DNA of 56,193 bases, the filler included, from Squatina squatina (taxonomy: Eukaryota), in assembly GCA_031763465.1 (NCBI GenBank). It is 4 parts of 4 records of this genome, joined end to end, with 100 filler letters (N's around TTAATTAATTAA, not from the genome) between each part and the next. Parts side by side here need not be neighbours in the genome. Positions count along the whole stretch, not along the records: positions 1 to 15,225 come from JARFOE010000001.1; positions 15,326 to 28,427 come from JARFOE010000234.1; 2 more parts are not named here. One strand, given 5' to 3'. The number at the start of each line of letters is the position of its first letter. Positions within the stretch are counted from its first letter, which is position 1. The translations under genes and the position numbers were made by a program. Of this stretch, positions 12,181-26,172 are shown piece after piece. Below the pieces are notes generated by a model. That model searched no databases, was not told where the DNA came from, and saw nothing but the letters and a program-made list of their open reading frames with translations.

Positions 12181-14630
12181 AGATGCCAATAACCTCATAC
12201 ATAATCCTCTTTCTCACATCCCACTTTCCCCTCATCCCACAATCTCTTCTGATGTACAAGCTGTACATGGTGTAAATATGCACCTCTTGCTTTACCCCTC
12301 TCCCCTCACCACAACCCTGCCCTTGCACCTTCTTCATTCCAGACACCCANNNNNNNNNNNNNNNNNNNNNNNNNNNNNNNNNNNNNNNNNNNNNNNNNNN
12401 NNNNNNNNNNNNNNNNNNNNNNNNNNNNNNNNNNNNNNNNNNNNNNNNNATGGGTGGTGTGTAAAATGTGTAGTGAGTGGCCGATCTGATCACATCGGTT
12501 TCCCACCGGACAAGTTAGGTGAAAATTACTCCCCGAGGAGAAGGAATACATCAGCAAGGCAGAAAAGAGAAAAAAAACTTGACATAAGTCAGGAAATAAT
12601 GATTAGGTGATGCTGACCTTGCATTTTAAAAGATTTTAAGAGGAAGCTAAGACTGAGGGAGGAAAGGAGTTCCACAGTTTTGGAGTCTGTTGAAAGGAAC
12701 ATGCTAGGTGAGCCAAAAAGGAGAGTGCGAAGAATCTGATTTCAACACCATAGGGAAATCATCCCTTTCCTTTTCAGAGACTAACAAAGCCACACACCTC
12801 TTCATAGAACTTATTCCCCTTCATCATTTCCTTTATATGAATTTTATTATAATATCTCAAATGTACTGTTACAAGTTTAATTCAAAGAGCTTCTTAAATG
12901 AAGAAATATGTTGGTGCTGAAGAACGTCTATCAAAAGCAATTAATGCTGTGTCAGTTAACTCCTTCAAATGGGAATTGGGTAAACATCTGATTAAATTGG
13001 GATAAAAGGGGATTGGGATAATTATAGATAATATGGTTCCATTCTATTGGGACCATAAGAAATTCATTTATAGAAAGCAAACTTGTCAGGATTAAATGAT
13101 GTGGACCATAAGTTACATTAATGCCTTTTGCTTAATAACCTTTGGGATCAAGTTGAATTTTCTCCCTTTAGGTCTTAAGTTACATTTGTTCACCTGCTCT
13201 AGAAGATTATGGCTGAGAAATTGGATCCATTAAGGCCGCTGTGGAAGAAAAAATGGTGCCCGCTTCACTTCCGCCCTCTTCCAGCATGGGATGTGGCAGC
13301 TTTTGGAGTGGTTAATAGCGCTGCCATTGCCTGCGCTCACCTCGCCAATGCAAATTTGAAATCGTGACATCAATTGGTGTGCGATGCCTGGTTTGATGCA
13401 CAAATGCAATTTTGGACAGTGCCACACACCATAACACCCTCTCCTAATCATGCACAGAAGAATGTGCATGCAGCAGTACTGCAGAGATGCTGATCGCGTT
13501 TCTTAAAGGGGCACACACATCTTTCAGGTAAGTTTTGATTTCAGCTTTTGGAGTTTAAAAAAATATTTTATTGAAGNNNNNNNNNNNNNNNNNNNNNNNN
13601 NNNNNNNNNNNNNNNNNNNNNNNNNNNNNNNNNNNNNNNNNNNNNNNNNNNNNNNNNNNNNNNNNNNNNNNNNNNNTACCTCTTTGACCAAGCTTTTGGT
13701 CATCTGCTCTAATATATTCCATGTGACTCGGTCAAATTTTGTTCTATGACACTCCTGTGAAGAGCCTTGGGACATTTTACTACATTAAGGGCACTATATA
13801 AATACAAGTTGTTGTTGGAAGAGAAAACGGTGCTTAATCCAATATATTATTCTACAATGTTGTTAATTTATCATGTCAAATTGTTGCTCATTCCCCACCC
13901 CACTCCAACCAGTGACCTGTACCCATCAGTACTTCACTCTAAAGTTATACATAGTTCACATTACTCGCTCCAGACACAGCCCATGTTTGGAATGAGAAAA
14001 ATCTAGTTAGATTTCTGTCTATTTTTTCAAGTGAACACAGTACGAAAATTTTACACACCCACCGTCACATGGCACTGAAACCCAACCAGGCCGTAGGCTG
14101 CATTATTCGTCCCATGAGGAAAAACAACCAAGACACATGACTGTCACACTGCTATTTTTGTTCCGCATATGGGGATAGCAAAATGTGTTCATTGTTCAAA
14201 CACTAACCACCACCTATCTTCTTTCCACCCACGTGCCAGATAAAACACTCTGCTCAACAACAAACACGTCCTAATCGGCCCAACTGCCACAGTCAAACAG
14301 GAGGAAGAAACTAAACTGGTGGAAATGGTCCCTGCAACTCTGGCAGAAATTGAGTTTTTATTTTCTGCCGTGACACGATGCTTCACAGGAGCATAATCAG
14401 ACAAAAGATGACACCAAGCCTGTGTAGAAGACATTAGGAAGGAATCTTTTCCCAACTGTGCTGGATTGAAGGGTTTAACCCATGCAGTCACAGTGGCCCC
14501 AATATTTAAAATGTTTGAGATCTAGAATTACCCAAGACCTCATTTATTTTGCAATTCTGAAATAATAAACTGAATACAATGTATACATTTCTATCATGTA
14601 AATCTATTGATGCAATTCTCTGCATTGCAG

Positions 14631-14785
14631 ATATGATCGCCATCCCAGACTTTGGTACTGGTGCAATGGAAAACTGGGGACTAGTCACCTACAGAGAGAC
14701 TAACCTGCTGTTTGATGGAAATGAATCATCCTCAAACAATCAGCAACGAGTCGCTTCAGTTATTGCCCATGAACTTGTTCATCAG
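14631..14785 (+). CDS. ENPEP: Glutamyl aminopeptidase (aminopeptidase A), catalytic-motif exon (155 bp)
   Basis: (D)[51 protein letters not shown] contains the M1 peptidase GAMEN and HEXXH motifs; the [15 protein letters not shown] variant is ENPEP-type. ttgcAG acceptor, GT at 14786. Adjacent to ELOVL6 as in human 4q25. Confidence 0.93.
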
Positions 14786-15225
14786 GTCATGTAAGGATGC
14801 AACATTCAGTTTTTGGGAATGCCCAATGTGTTTATTATGATGGAGTTATAATGAGCTGCAGATAATGATCTATTTTAAGAGTTATGCTAGAGCACAAATT
14901 TCTCCTGTGTGCCTTCCATAGGCATGTTTTTTTTCCACTCGCCTATTCAGTCTAGAATTGCTGCATTCCCACTAACCAAAATTAGTTATAATTACGAAAA
15001 ATAGTCACTGACAAGATTTAAAAGAGGGAGATATTGTTGGTAAGACATAAGTCAATAAAATATGAAAAAAAGGCAAAGAGATCTAACAAAATCAATACTC
15101 ATTGTATAAAAAGGTTAAGCGAGATGTGATACCGCCTTTTTAAAATGAAGAAGAGAATACATGAGATGGAGGTGGCATTCGTTGTGTTAAAGCATGGGAT
15201 AGAAACTGGGGATATGACTATAGGA

Positions 15226-15325
15226 NNNNNNNNNNNNNNNNNNNNNNNNNNNNNNNNNNNNNNNNNNNNTTAATTAATTAANNNNNNNNNNNNNNNNNNN
15301 NNNNNNNNNNNNNNNNNNNNNNNNN
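15226..15325. other. Artificial scaffold-joining linker N44-TTAATTAATTAA-N44
   Basis: Palindromic 12-mer with stops in all six frames at 15270-15281, centred in exactly 100 nt. Confidence 0.95.
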
Positions 15326-17259
15326 CAAAACTGCCCATGTAAACTTGTCACACTCTAATCTGGCAGTGAGGTTGAATGCATGTTTTGAATCTTTTTGAGA
15401 GACCCAGTACCATCCTTTTTTCTTTAAAATTAAAATTTTAAAAAGATGCAAAATTTAATAAATATATTTTTCCCCCATCTTGGTGCCCTTCAAACCTGTT
15501 CGCACCCTTCAAAATTTTAAAAAAAAATCGGTTCCCATTTGTTCTTTGCCTACTCCTGGCACCTTTCCACTGGCTTATGAGCTCATTTGAAATAATTAAA
15601 ACAAATATACAGGTATAACCATGGACTGTCCAACTCTGCATGTTTGTGAATTCTTATAAATATATAAATGAATATTCAATAACATAGGATTGCGTGTGCT
15701 GTTCTATTCTATGCCCTCTATCCCAGGCCAACTTCTACATGACTGTCATCTGATATTGACTGCTGAAGTAGGTATATCTGGGCTGTGCTGTCCCCTGCCC
15801 ACCTCAGGTGGCGCAACATCTTAATACAGCTGGGCTGGCCCCTCACCCAGCGCTGCCAATATTTGGACCCAAGATCCATAGTCATGGGCCATTTTATGTA
15901 GATGCTAGATGAATAGGGTCAGGATGAGAACCCATCATATATACATATTTCAGCGATCTGTGAGGGAGGTGCGTAATTACAGTGCAACAATTTATATAGG
16001 CAGTTTCCATTATGAATGTGGAGATGGAAATTTATAATGGAAATATAAAAATGACAGACTGTATGACTTTAAATGGAGACTGAACTACATCTGTGCACTT
16101 TGGTCTAATTATCCCCTGCCCTCAAACTCCACTCCACCTGAAGACTACACTTGGACTTGACTGCCTGTGCGCAACGCCATGGGAGACTGACTAGTTTTAA
16201 TTAAAAATGTCTTAAACGTCAAATCTAAGTGCGATTCTAAAAACAATTTCCACAATAGTTATCTAGTTCTTCAAATCAGATGTAATCACTGATATCACAC
16301 TGTTGTTTGCTGCCAACTGCAATCCCATTTGTAGAGGCCAGCGCTGTGCTGTTTAGCATTGCCAGCCTTTTACAGAACCCTCTCCCAACATCATAGATGG
16401 TTCATGGCCAGACTGACATAGTTGTAAACTAAGCAGCTGCATGATTTGCATTTGCACCGTTGCTTTAAACTTTAGAACTGACGTGCACAAATATTATGCA
16501 TGGACATTTATCTACTGCTGTTGAGTCTGTCTTGCAGTATAAACGTAAGCAGTTCTGTGATAGAAATGAGCCATGAGAAAAGGAAGGAAATTAATATGGC
16601 AGTTTGAAGAGTGTCTACATTTAAAGGGTCAAATTTATTTCAAAAAAATTGTGCGTCAGAAAACACCCCAATTTTTTTTTTTTTAAATGCCTGTACCTCA
16701 CCTGGTTTGGTTACCTAAATTACTTTACAAAAAGAAATTGAGTCTTAAAACAAGTTTTGCACATATGGCACACTTGTATTTAAGTTGGTTGCCTTTAAAA
16801 TCATGTACAGGTTTTAGAACTCAAACTCTCCCATTGAGCAGCTCTTGGATGAGCTTTTAGGTAGAGCATTGCACTGCAAGCAGATTGCTCCCCTTTTGGG
16901 GGATCTTTGGTGGGGCGCGGTTTAGGAAGAGAAAGAGGAAAAACTATTAAAACTAGTTTTGTTCCACAAATGCATACCTCATAAATCCGCAATGCAGTAG
17001 CACAGATTGTGCTTATGCAGATTTCTGCAAGCCAAATTATTCCATCCTGCTAGCAAGGACTAGCTGCACGGTGACAAATGGCAGCATTATTTTCTTTTGG
17101 CAGAGTGAGGAAAGGAATTGCTTTGTTTTCCAAATATAGCTCATTGCACACAATTTCAAATCATTAGCTTGTAACATTGAAAGGTTGGTTGCAACATGTA
17201 ACCCATTAATGAATGCCCTTTCATATTTCAAGAAGTCTATTTGCTCACAAATTCTTTAC

Positions 17260-17413
17260 CTGTTCCAGCTGCTCAGGTGTCCATGGGTAATCACCAACAA
17301 CACGTTTGGCTGCATACGAACTCATGCCTGGTGGTGGCTGAGCAATACCACCACTACTGACAGCTTGCTGGGGGCCTTGGCTCGGTCGATTTTGGGGTTC
17401 ACTCAACACAAAC
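17260..17413 (-). CDS. ECPAS: Ecm29 proteasome adaptor and scaffold, internal exon (154 bp)
   Basis: (G)[51 protein letters not shown] matches the recalled ECM29 segment [31 protein letters not shown] boundaries. Confidence 0.92.
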
Positions 17414-18261
17414 CTACAACAAGAACCAACTGTAAGATGCAATGAAAACTATTTATTTCCAGTAGCCCTCGCTACAATATTTCGAATTGGAAGCATGATT
17501 ACAGAGGAGCATAAGTTATTTAGATTCAACAGACAACTTGATCACTTTACAAGATGCAAGAGGGTTTATTGTGAATTCCAAAAAAAGAAAACTTTTACGA
17601 ACAGATTCTAAGGGAACTTGATTTTTCTAAAGCTTCTTTCTGCCTTATACCTGCAATCACTGCGATCAGTGCTAATGAAATGCACAACAAATTTGAAACA
17701 TGCTTTAGAGAAATATTTCAGCTTGATTGTTTTAAAAAAAAAAATCCTCTCTTCAAATTTCCTTACCGATACANNNNNNNNNNNNNNNNNNNNNNNNNNN
17801 NNNNNNNNNNNNNNNNNNNNNNNNNNNNNNNNNNNNNNNNNNNNNNNNNNNNNNNNNNNNNNNNNNNNNNNNNTCCCTCCCAGCACCTCTTTGTCGCCGT
17901 GCTCTCTGGCGTGCCGGCACATTTTTGCTCCGTCTCCGGCCTCCAGTGGTCCTGAATCGCATGGCGAACGGCAAGCTATGCCGGTTTAGTGTTGCCTCGC
18001 TACACTGACCCATAATGGTGACTAAGTCTCCATGGCCGTGTCCTAATGCCTCGCTGCCAGCGCGGTGCATCCTCGGTGAGGTCGCGAATGCTGCTGCCCA
18101 TTCCGGGCCAATTAAATTGGCCCCCCTTTTGACTTTTTAAAAAGCTACTGAACTGACGCCTTTTGATGAAGACATCAAACCTTTGCTAATAAGAATATTC
18201 TCTGACAGTCAGTGTTCCATCAGTATGCTGTATAACGCTGGGAAAATAAGGAATACTCTAC

Positions 18262-18380
18262 CTGTCTTGCTGTGGCTGAGGCTTGCTTTCCATTGCAGTA
18301 ACCAAGGAAGGTGCCAATTCACATTGTTTCTCCACAGATAAACGGGGATACCCCATCTTGATGTATATTATAGTAAAATT
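18262..18380 (-). CDS. ECPAS: ECPAS internal exon (119 bp)
   Basis: [39 protein letters not shown](S), close to recalled human [40 protein letters not shown]. ctcAG acceptor, GTAGAG donor. Confidence 0.93.
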
Positions 18381-19252
18381 CTGAGATTTAAAAAAAAGTT
18401 CGTTACAGAGGTGCATTTGATAATTGATGTGTAATACTACTTTGATAAACTCCTCTCGGTTGGCAAAATCCAGAGGTTCTCCACACTTGTTTTTAAATGA
18501 GTAAGCTATCAGGATCCACACTGCCAGATATGAATGAGTAGAGCAGAGCGCGTGTCCTTTTCCTGATCAAGTCCAAGTAATCTCACTTTCAAAAAAATAA
18601 CCATCGTCTGGAAACTGAACATTTTTCTCTTTCAGGCTTACAATGTCAGCATCAAGTATTCAACTCAGGTATACCACAGGCATTAATCCGAACCTCAAAA
18701 GAACATCCCTGGGTCAATGTTAATTATCCAATTTCCCCCACAATTTTTTGCCCCCTCCTTAAAAAATATGTGTTGACTTTCTCTGGGCATAGTCCCACTG
18801 GCACCAGTAGCTCAAGTGGCTATTTTTCCACTTGTGCGCCAAACATTGAGCGTTGGCAGGCTATTTGACTGTGGAAGGCATGCCCAATCCTATTCTCCAA
18901 CATCCACAGGGGTCACTGGCCAGAGATAGGGGGTCTGCAGATTGGCCAATTTCTCTCTCTCCAGTCCAGATGAGCAGATCGTATCGCACCAACTGCTGCC
19001 CCATCCAAGACCAGCTAAATAATGAGTGACCAGGGATCAAACTTGGCAGTGCCTTTGCCAAGTAGGCCATTGAGACACTCATTATGGTCAACTTTAGACT
19101 GTTAATTGTTGTTCTGGCAAATAGTGGGAAACTTTTCGTTACAACAGGATTCATACAATCATCACAAAGGAGGGAAAAAAAACTGCATTGTCCTCCTTTT
19201 CCTTAACTGTTCGAGGTGTTAATCAGAATGATTTTAATTAGTCGGACGGACT

Positions 19253-19379
19253 TAGAAACATAGAAGCAGGCGTAGGCCATTCAGCCCTTCAAGCCTGCTC
19301 CACCATTCAATGAGATCATACTGATCTTCCAAATTCAGTACCCTGTCCCTGCTTTCTCCCCATATCCCTTGCTCCCTTT
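19253..19379 (-). mobile_element. CR1-type LINE 3' end fragment
   Basis: AGAAACATAGAAGCAGGCGTAGGCCATTCAGCCC...CCACCATTCAAT is the reverse complement of the same 3' tail seen at 30272-30425. Confidence 0.7.
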
Positions 19380-19480
19380 ACAGAAGCAAAATACTGCGGA
19401 TGTTGGAATCTAGAATACAAACAAAAAATGCTGGAAAAACTCAGGTCAGGCAGCATCTGTGGAGAGAAAAACAGAGTCAA
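19380..19480 (+). repeat. Dispersed young repeat, copy 2 (Penelope-like terminus?)
   Basis: Near-identical to 3131-3225. Ends ...GGAGAGAAAAACAGAGTCAA at a gap. Confidence 0.7.
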
Positions 19481-22400
19481 NNNNNNNNNNNNNNNNNNNN
19501 NNNNNNNNNNNNNNNNNNNNNNNNNNNNNNNNNNNNNNNNNNNNNNNNNNNNNNNNNNNNNNNNNNNNNNNNNNNNNNNNAACAAGAAACTGTTGTACTA
19601 AATCTAAGTGACTTTTGGTTTCCCGATCTATTATATAGTTTTGAAATTCTAAAATTGATTTAATGAATTTAGATCACAGTAAAATTAGGTGTTTAACTCT
19701 AGTATACAACAAACAAATTAGGATGAATGACCAGCTGGCTATTTCCAGGAATATCCTAAATTTGTTCAATTGTCTCCAGGTTAGATTTGGGTCCAGTGTA
19801 CTAACAAGTGTCTTTGATTCTGGGTGTTAAGAATCCCTCATGCAGAAAGTGGTTAGTTTATGAAGAAAACTAGACTATTTGTACAAAATGAAATACATTA
19901 ATCTGCAGCAATGCCTCACTTTTTTCCACAGCGCTGGAATAGTGCACTGGTGTCCAATATTTTCAAGATGGGTAATCTTGCATTTCAATTTACAAGTTAT
20001 ACTAGATACTAGCTACTCCACCATGTGAATTAAATTTGGTGACTGCTGCAACAGTTTAAAATAGAGCTGCTCAGTATCAAAAAACATGAATTTTGCTACA
20101 CTCATTGTGAATGCCACCAAGTAATAAGCGATGATAGAGTGCATGATCAGTCGTGTAAGCACTGAGCATCAATAGGAACACATTAATTGATTCAAAATTT
20201 AGTAAAACCTCAAAAATTAACATGACATTACACAACACATTTAAATCAATGCACAGAATTTAATTCATGATAGGAATCTAATTTTGTTGATCAGGTGACA
20301 ACTATAAACACACAAGCTTTGCTCTCAAGATTTATCATTTGAATCTTTCAATTACATTTTACACCGAATTTACAGCACAGAAACAGGCCATTCAGCCCAA
20401 CTTGTCCAAGGGTGTTTATACTCCACACAAGCCTCCTCTCCCACACTAATTACTCTTCCCATTCTGCCCCCATATCCCTCTGATCCCTTCTCCCTCATGT
20501 AAGCATCAAGCCTCCCCTTAAATGAGTCAGTGCTATCTGCTCCAACCACTCCATGTGGTAGTGAGGACTTCTTCCATCTTGTAATTGCTGCCATATAATT
20601 CATGACTTTTAACAGGCTATCACAAACCATGTACCCTCATGCACTTTCTAAACCAAAGAGAACTTATGCAGAGATTTCCATCCTGCCACTATTCTCTCAC
20701 CTCCACTTGGTGATATCTTTACTGGGGTATAGGATCATAGGTGCTGGCAGCCACAATAACCTCACCCAAGTGAACATTCATGCGTAAGATTGTGCTGTGT
20801 CAGCAGTTGGGGAGGAGGCATCTTAGACAAGCTGAGGCCCAATCTGCTCCTCATATCCCAGCAGAGGTAACGAAACAGCAATCAGGAGTGGAAAACCCAA
20901 GATAACTCCCCCCCCCCTTCGCTGGTTCACAGGCATAGAAATCAGTTAACACTACCTTGTGATCATGAGTTATAGTCCGGTTTTTTTTTAAATGGAACTT
21001 AAAATCTTTCATAACACCGTCACCAAAGTTTATGATACAATGGATTTGCACCAAATCATTCTAGTCTGGTGCTTAAGTCTTAACCGTAGGCCTTGAGCAT
21101 CTAGTTTCAATGTACAGAAGGGTGAAATGCATATTAAATAGAATAACTTGGGAGGTAAACAGATCTGCAGTAAGATGACAAGCTAACAAGTTTTTTTAAA
21201 AAAGTGCAAATAAAGAGANNNNNNNNNNNNNNNNNNNNNNNNNNNNNNNNNNNNNNNNNNNNNNNNNNNNNNNNNNNNNNNNNNNNNNNNNNNNNNNNNN
21301 NNNNNNNNNNNNNNNNNNTAAAACAGCACGGCAATTTCAGCCTAACAATGGTCAGGCCGACCCAAGAGTCGGCTGGCCAACAAAGGTGGTGGCCCGAGGC
21401 GCTGCAGGCCTCCCCTTTAAACAGTGCCTCTGGAGCGGATGTCCGCCAGCTTCGCGACCCGCAAAGCTGGTGTTGTCATTGGCTCGCGTCAGCCTTGCAG
21501 CCCCTGGGGCAATTTCCCAGGTGGCGGTAGCGGCCCCTCCCTGGGCGAAATCCGCCTTGTGCCCTGTTAGTGCCTCCCGGAGGCACTAACGGGACACAAA
21601 AAAGGGGCAATTTTGCCCCTGGTGACTATTTACAGGATTTAAAGTTCATGCAATGGAACTTTCTTAATGTCAACCTCTAATTTCTACAACTTTTTCCCTG
21701 GTCACTGTTATAGTCAGTTTATAAAACTCCATTCTTGATAAGAACTGCATTTCACATTTCTCTCACCCTACAACTAAATGAAGCTAAAAGTATTGTAATA
21801 ATATTCCATACATCACAAAGGCCTGTTTTCAGAACCATTTTGGAAGAAAAAGGTCTATATAAAAGTATTAGAACATTTTTTTCTTAAATTCCTGATGCCA
21901 CAGTTACTTGTATAATGCAGTACTTTTCTTAAATGAAAACATCTGTTTCACCCAAATTCTGACCTTTAATTCACAACATATTTGAATACTGTCTCATCCA
22001 AAGTTCAAATAATTGTGAAAAAGAGGTTTCTAAAACCTCACCGTCATTTTGGCAAATAAAACATGTTTGCCATAAAACTGCAAGACTCAGTTCTGAAAGA
22101 CATCTCTGTTTGTAATTAATCTTAATTGCTATGTCAACAGTTTCCTCCCAGCACTAACATTTCTTTCTGCTAAACTTAGTCCGATCTTTAAAGTGACCTT
22201 TTCTTGCCTAACCCCGCCCCCACCCCTGTCAAAAAACCCGTTCCCAAGCCACAGACNNNNNNNNNNNNNNNNNNNNNNNNNNNNNNNNNNNNNNNNNNNN
22301 NNNNNNNNNNNNNNNNNNNNNNNNNNNNNNNNNNNNNNNNNNNNNNNNNNNNNNNNGGATGATAGTCAGAGGCACAGTGCCGGAACCCTGTAGGAAGGGA

Positions 22401-23246
22401 GCTGAACCCTGCTACAGCTGACTTGGAAATATGTGATGTTATCAGTACGGGGAGTGGAAAGAGAAATATAGGTACAAAAGCTTCAGTTTAGTGGAATTTT
22501 ATTTAGGAACAAAGAAGTGACATCCATACCCTGTGGCTTGATCCAGTGACAAATGTGTTTTATACACAGTGGTAAAAGTTAAAAAAAACAAGTTAAAAAT
22601 TGCTGGTTTATAAAGGGTTACAGATGGAATTAAAAAAAGAAAAACACCGATTAAATTAATTTATAAGGTGTCTAGAATAAAGCAAATAAACATGGCTTCT
22701 GTCACAAAACCCCCCAGCTTCCTTTAACAACTTACATTTTGAAACTGGAGAATAGCCAAACAAGAAAGTTATTCATCTCTGGGTAAACACGACAGCGGAA
22801 GAGCATGTTGCACGCAAGTTGGCTGGCCTGAAACCCTTCTATGCATGTTTTAGTTCACTGCTCCTCTAAACAGGTCCAGCTGCAACGCTTCAGACCCATA
22901 TGCTGCTCCATCAAAGCCCAACCCTTGCCGCTCTGCCTGGAGCTGTCTCTGTTATTTATGGCTGACCCGTGACTGCTGAGGTTGGGTTTGGCCACTGCCT
23001 GCGCTCGGAGTCAGCAGACAGCATCTCTCTTTTAACAGTTCCATAAATTTCCAAAGCACATGTGTGCTGCACATACTGAGGTTTATAGAGCAGCACAAGA
23101 AAGCTTCAAACAAAGAACTTCTGAGAGTTACATCTGAAGTGAGTTGGGACATTTTCTTTCTGCTCACAGAATTTTTTTTTGCAATGCTTCATATGTCCCT
23201 GTAACATTCCTAAGTTGATCTATGGGTGCTGGTTCTTTGTGCTACG

Positions 23247-23680
23247 TGTCAGCTGTGGTTCAGTGGATAGCCGCTGAGTCAGAAGATTGTGGGTTCGCAT
23301 CCCACTCCATAGACTTGAGCACAAAAATCCAGGCTGACACTCCAACCCAGTGCTGAGGAAGTGCTGCACTGTCGGAGGTGCCGTTGTTCGGATGAGACGT
23401 TAACTGAGGCCTGTCTGCCCTCTAAGGTAGATATAAAGATATCTGGAGTTGTTTGAAGAAAAGCAAGGGGGTTCTACCAGTCTCCTGACAAATCTAACCA
23501 TAACAGATTATCTGGTCAGTATCACATTGCTGTTTGTGGGAGCTTGCTGTGTGCAAATTGCCTGTCGTGTTTCCCACATTACAACAGTGGCTTCACTTCA
23601 AAAGCATTTCATTGGTCGTAAAGCACTTTGGGACCTCCTGAGGCCATGAAAGGCGCTATATAAATGCAAGTTCTTTCTTC
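23247..23680 (+). mobile_element. tRNA-derived Deu-domain SINE (SacSINE1-like), near full length
   Basis: Pol III A-box-like TGGTTCAGTGG and B-box-like GGTTCGCATCCC, central GTCGGAGGTGCCG..CGGATGAGACGTTAA..GAGGCCTGTCTGCC core, and a tail ending AAGGCGCTATATAAATGCAAGTTCTTTC. Other copies at 45198 and 53047. Confidence 0.8.
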
Positions 23681-23749
23681 TGGTGCTGTTGCTTGTCGTG
23701 TATATAGGTCATGGGTCAAAGATGTTGTTTGGGGAAGCAGCATTTAGCA

Positions 23750-23968
23750 AAACAACTAATTGCATTTATACAGTGCTCTTAACGTAGTAGAACATTAGCT
23801 GGGTCACAGAGGGAGGTTTTAAGGAGCGTCTTAAAGGAGGAGAGAGAGGTGGAGAGGCGGAGAGGCTTAGGGAGGGAACTTCAGAACTTAGGGTCCAGAC
23901 AGCTGAATGCACAGCCGCCAATGGTGGAGCGATTAAAATTGAGGAAGTGCAAGAGGCCAAAATTGGAG
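23750..23968 (-). mobile_element. L2-type LINE 3' fragment
   Basis: Purine-rich plus strand GGAGCGTCTTAAAGG..GAGAGGTGGAGAGGCGGAGAGG and TTGCATTTATACAGTGC tail; related tails at about 13677-13815, 31060-31240 and 55590-55735. Confidence 0.6.
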
Positions 23969-24994
23969 NNNNNNNNNNNNNNNNNNNNNNNNNNNNNNNN
24001 NNNNNNNNNNNNNNNNNNNNNNNNNNNNNNNNNNNNNNNNNNNNNNNNNNNNNNNNNNNNNNNNNNNNCCTGGAGAGGCCCCGCAAGTTCCAGGTTTAGG
24101 GCTGAACTGCCCATGCCCCTAAATCTGGAACTTCCAATCTGTCATAGATTGCCTTGACAGATCCACCGCTTGAACTGGAAAAGGGCTTCCCTGGGAGGAG
24201 AATTGGGCTATTTGCCCAACTCTTGCCCAGCGAAAGCCCTTGAATTCGTTACGCTGGTAAAAGCAAGCGTACAGGAATGCTTTTACCAGCATAAGAGTTT
24301 AAAAAAATATATAAAAATAAATTTAACCACTGGATTATTAATTAAAAATCCGGTCCATTAAGGTAAGTACATTTTCATACACTTTAAAAGAGTTTAAAAA
24401 ACATTCAAATGTTTTTTTGTATTAATTATGTATCATTTTTATTAAATTTTAATATTTGCCAAGTTTAAAAAAATGTATTTTGAAGTCCGTGTACTGTTTT
24501 TTGTATCTCCCATTCTTCATATTTTCAGAGATCAGCAGAAGTATGAATGGGAGTTACCCCAACCTAATTGGTTGGGGCCTCCCACGTGGTCCCACCAGTG
24601 TATGCGAACCGCATACACTGGAGAGATACCTGTGAAGGGCCAGGAACGGAACCTTTCACAATCCCTGGACCACCATTGAAATGTTTCTGGTCGGAGGCCT
24701 CCGCATGCAGGAAGCTTCCAAAAGGAATTTTGGGGTCATTTATTTTTACTGGTCTGTTGCTTTTTTTCAAACTGCTGGCTGAGATCTGGCAACCTCTTCA
24801 TTGCCACTGCCATTGTTGACGTGATAGGATGTTAGAGCATCTTGTGAGTTTATCCAGAATTGGACTTGGCTGCTCTCAATTTAGTGTGGCTGACGATTAA
24901 TTGAAAACCCAGAAGAAAATAATCTGTTAGAACTAAAATAACATCACAGATTCTATTTGTGTTTTATACAAAATGCACTGCAACAACTTGTCAA

Positions 24995-25280
24995 GCCTTC
25001 ACCTTCCAAACCCGCGACCTCACCTAGACAGACAAGTGTAGCAGGCGTATGGGAACACCCATCACCTCCAAGTCACACACCATCCTGACTTGGACGAATA
25101 TTGCCGTTTCTTTATTGTCGCCGGGTCAAAATCATGGAATCCCCTACCTAATAGCTTTGTGCAAGCACCTTCATGGACTGCAGAGGTTCAAGAAGGCAGC
25201 CCACGGCCAATTTCTCAGGGCAACTAGGGATGGGCAATAAATGCCTGGCTTGCCAGTGACGCCCACGCCCGAGAATCAAT
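24995..25280 (+). mobile_element. LINE (CR1-group) 3' end fragment
   Basis: Degenerate WNxLP..GLQRFKKAAH..LLR terminal coding remnant followed by CTAGGGATGGGCAATAAATGC 3' UTR. Confidence 0.55.
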
Positions 25281-25904
25281 AATATTTTTTTAATTCTCAG
25301 ATTTTGATTCCTTGAACTGAAAACTGAATGAGTGACAGTAATGAATGAACATTTTGACATAAACAAATTAGTGATATCATCATGTAGTGTGTGGAAGAGT
25401 ATTAACAGATTTGTGTTTGATGAGACACAGGTTTATTCAATAACTAGTGTCTTCAAAACTTGGTGTCTAATTTGGTGAGCTGGCCTGTATTTTGAGTTGT
25501 GTGGCAGATTTAGTTCTGATGTAAATACATAATAGATATAATTCAGTGGGCAGGGAAATAACAGGCTTCTAAAAATCAGCAGCAAACTTTAATTTTCTGC
25601 TTTTGGCACAGCCATTCTTTTGGAGAAATGGCAGCTGTAATTTTGCTCGAATAATCGGTACTTTGTAATGTAGTTGTATGAAATGCATCATTGTAGTTAG
25701 CTGGAACTGCAGTACTGTAATTGGCCTTGATCATTTTCTTAATGAATAATCTGTTCACATTATTTGCTAGAAAATACATTCCGATGATGTGCATGGGAAT
25801 GAATATATTTCATCATTATAATGGTAAAAAGAATTGAGATTGTAGAATTACTTAGTTTTAGCTTGCTGTCGATGGTAAACTGATCCAGTACCTGTAGTAA
25901 TATT

Positions 25905-26172
25905 GGGGGCGATTTTAATCCTATTCGCTCAGCAGAAACCGGGCGGGTGGGCAGGTAAAATCGCCCTGGCTCTTACCATTCTGAAATCTGCCATGATTGC
26001 AACATCTGTAGTTTTAACCTACTCTCCTGAGCAGGCAGCAAGGACACGTGCCTGGAGCCAACAGCGTCCTTCTTTACGTAGCTGTGTTGCAGCCCGATGA
26101 CATTACTGAGAGCTGACTGTAATTTTAACTCCAGCCTGAATGGGGAATCCACCTGGAGCTAAAATCGGCGCC
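25905..26172. mobile_element. Short Harbinger-like MITE
   Basis: GGGGGCGATTTTA at the left end, TAAAATCGGCGCC at the right end, plus an internal TAAAATCGCCC inverted copy. Confidence 0.45.

Noticed and set aside
15270-15281. Conserved palindromic motif TTAATTAATTAA as a biological element (also 28472, 41808)
   Set aside because: Always centred in exactly 44+44 Ns. It is a synthetic six-frame-stop linker.
23247-23320. tRNA gene (also 45198-45260)
   Set aside because: A/B-box-like motifs continue directly into the SINE core and tail; no complete cloverleaf.
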